Shown piece by piece: positions 61,605 to 64,000 of a stretch of DNA of 64,000 nt. The notes under the pieces are model-generated. The model was not told the DNA's origin. It ran no database searches and worked only from the letters and a program-made list of their open reading frames with translations. Position 1 is the stretch's first letter. Each line of letters starts with the position of its first letter. Source of the DNA: Pecten maximus (Eukaryota); contig NC_047016.1 of NCBI RefSeq assembly GCF_902652985.1, positions 46,562,001-46,626,000 of the forward strand. The letters run 5' to 3'. A program made the position numbers and the translations under genes.

Positions 61605-63292
61605 CTAGGAAACATAAATCCCCACAAAGCGACAGGACCTGACCAAATAGCACGGCAAAATTCTTAAACAGCTCAAAGACCCCATAGCACCCATACTCAC
61701 AAAAATCGTCAACACTTCACTCAGCACAGGGACACTACCACACGACTGGAAACACGCAAATGTAAACCCAATATACAAGAAAGGAGACAAACACAACCCC
61801 ACTAACTACCGCCCAATCTCACTCACCTGCATCGCATGCAAAATCATGGAACACATCATCACAAGCGCAACAATGAAACATCTAGAGGACAATAACATAC
61901 TCTACAACCTCCAACACGGCTTCCGCTCCTCAAGATCATGCGAAACACAACTCGCCACATTCATACACGACCTAACACTAAATAACAATACAAACAAACA
62001 GACAGACATTGTCATAATGGACTTTGCCAAAGCATTTGACAAAGTCCCACACAAACGCCTCCAGTACAAACTCAAATACTACGGAATTACAGGGAACACA
62101 CTCACATGGATTAGACTTTCTAACAAACCGCACCCAAACATTATTACTTGAAGGGAAACAATCGGACAAAGTCCAAGTCACTTCACTTCAGGAGTACCTC
62201 AAGGAACCTGCTTGGGCCCCATACTCTTCCTCATATACATCAACGACCTACCAGACTACATCAAACACAGCACTCTCAGACTCTTCGCCGACGACAGCAT
62301 CATCTACAAGACAATCCACAACATAGACGACGCACACAAATTACAACAAGACATAAACGCAGCAGGACAGTGGGAACAAGACTGGCTCATGAAATTTCAC
62401 ACAAACAAATGCAATATCATATCCACTTCAAACAAACGCACCAAAACAACATACAACTACAAACTGCACGACCACACACTGCAATAAGTCGACGCCAGCA
62501 AATACTTAGGACTCACATTACAGAAAAATCTCAAATGGGATACACACATCAACAACATCACTGCAAACGCCAACAGATCACTAGGCTTCCTAAAACGCAA
62601 CCTGAAAATAAACTCACAACATATAAAAGAACATGCATACAAAGCCCTAGTGAGACCCAAACTGGAATACTGCTCTTCCATATGGGACCCGCACAACACA
62701 AACCAAATCAACCAAATAGAAAAAATTCAACGCAGAGCAGCACGATACGTACAAAACAGATACCACAACACAAGTTCAGTACAAGACATGATGGACAAAC
62801 TCAACTGGCCCACACTTCAAACACGTAGACTCAAGACCAGACTCGTACTATTATACAAAATCATTCACCATCATGTCGCAATAGACCCACACGGCATCAT
62901 GCACCCAGCAGACCCTAGGACAAGGCAAACACACCCCTACACCTTCAGACACCTATCTGCCACCAATGACACATACAAATACTCCTTTTTCCCACACACA
63001 ATAACACAATGGAACCTCCTCCCGGTGGCAGCAGTACAATGCACTACACTAGAGATCTTCAAGGCACATATACACAATGCAGCCCTTGATGATCTCAAAC
63101 ACACACCGTAAACACACCCTCATAATGTTTTTATTTTACAGTTTCCACTAAATTTTTTTTTAAAAATCACCCTCTCACTGTACCCAAATCCCCGCACTTT
63201 TTTTACTTCTTTTAAAAGCATACAACGATCCTTCCTGTGACCGTAATCGTCATTTTTGACGGAGGTTCCATAATTAAAGAAGAGAAGAAGAA
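61605..63292 (+). mobile_element. 5'-truncated, inactivated non-LTR retrotransposon (CR1/L2-type LINE reverse transcriptase)
   Basis: RT motifs PHKATGPD, WKHANVNPIYKKGD, NYRPISLT, QHGFRSSRSCETQL, DFAKAFDKVPH, SGVPQGTCLGP, LFADD, KYLG and RPKLEYCSSIWDP. Frameshifts near 62113 and 62185, stop at 62485-62487. Ends in a (GAA)-like tail at about 63278-63292. Confidence 0.92.
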
Positions 63293-63869
63293 TTTGTGTT
63301 TGTTAAATTTCGAGATTGATAAGAAAAAAAGGCTCTATAGGGTGGCCATCTTGGATTTTGATAGTAACTTTAATATTTTAATTATTTCTTTTTCTCAGAT
63401 TGCATTTGTATACTGCTTGGAATTTTCCCATTGTTTTTTTTTCTTGTCATGTCAGTTGTGATCTCGCTCAATAGAGAGATAATGACTCGTTATCTATCAT
63501 GGAACTATAGCGCCATGTATAAGACTTACCGGTAATTTGTTACTTAAAAAAAAAGACAAACATATGTGCTTTTGCTTTCGATATTAAACGGTGCAAATGT
63601 TTCTTGTACATGTATGTGTATATTATCTTTGTAATTTGTGATGCCTGTTTAATTTTGAGACTGATGATCAGAGGAATTAAATTGCTAACAGACGGTAATC
63701 TTTGATTTTGAAATCTGTTGCTAATATTTCTCAGAGAGTATTTTCCTTTACGTTTCTTCTTTCTCATGACCATGAGGTTCGCGTGAAAGATACTGTCGAT
63801 ACATAAAAACAAAACAACAAAAAACTAACGTTTGTCAAAGAAGAAATACAAGAAATGCAGAGAAAAAAA

Positions 63870-64000
63870 AGTACTGACCTCGTGTCTAGAGACTTAGTTC
63901 CAGTACTGACCCCATGTCTGGAGACTTAGTTTCAGTACTGACACCATGTCTGGAGACTTAGTTTCAGTACTGACCCCATGTCTAGAGACTTAGTTTCAGT
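63870..64000. repeat. 32-bp minisatellite running off the end of the window
   Basis: Unit cagtactgaccccatgtctggagacttagttt, 4 copies visible. Confidence 0.9.

Overview
This is an AT-rich, intron-containing animal genomic window. The repeat families suggest a bivalve mollusc, which is an inference only. I can support five protein-coding genes by splicing exons by hand at GT-AG sites: the 3' part of IGBP1/alpha4 (+), a complete 9-exon GPD1 (+), a complete 7-coding-exon UBE2Z/USE1 (-), an intronless-CDS CREBZF/Zhangfei-type bZIP (+) head-to-head with UBE2Z, and a 723-aa multi-C2H2 zinc-finger gene (-). The rest is mostly repeat DNA: large minisatellites, pearl/Helentron-type non-autonomous elements (one carrying a 145-bp satellite), TATGG...CCATA foldback MITEs, a hAT-like MITE, SINE remnants and a decayed CR1/L2-type LINE. 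Most long ORFs in the supplied track are repeat artefacts. The best leads are (1) a 324-bp miniature LTR element with tRNA-derived LTRs, PBS, PPT and a 4-bp TSD, (2) CREBZF apparently controlled by an overlapping uORF and NMD-triggering 3'-UTR introns, with ISRE and kB motifs in the promoter it shares with UBE2Z, (3) tandem duplications sitting on or beside splice sites, and (4) a satellite-bearing element flanked by an exact ~283-bp duplication. No database search was run, so all family assignments come from recognised motifs.
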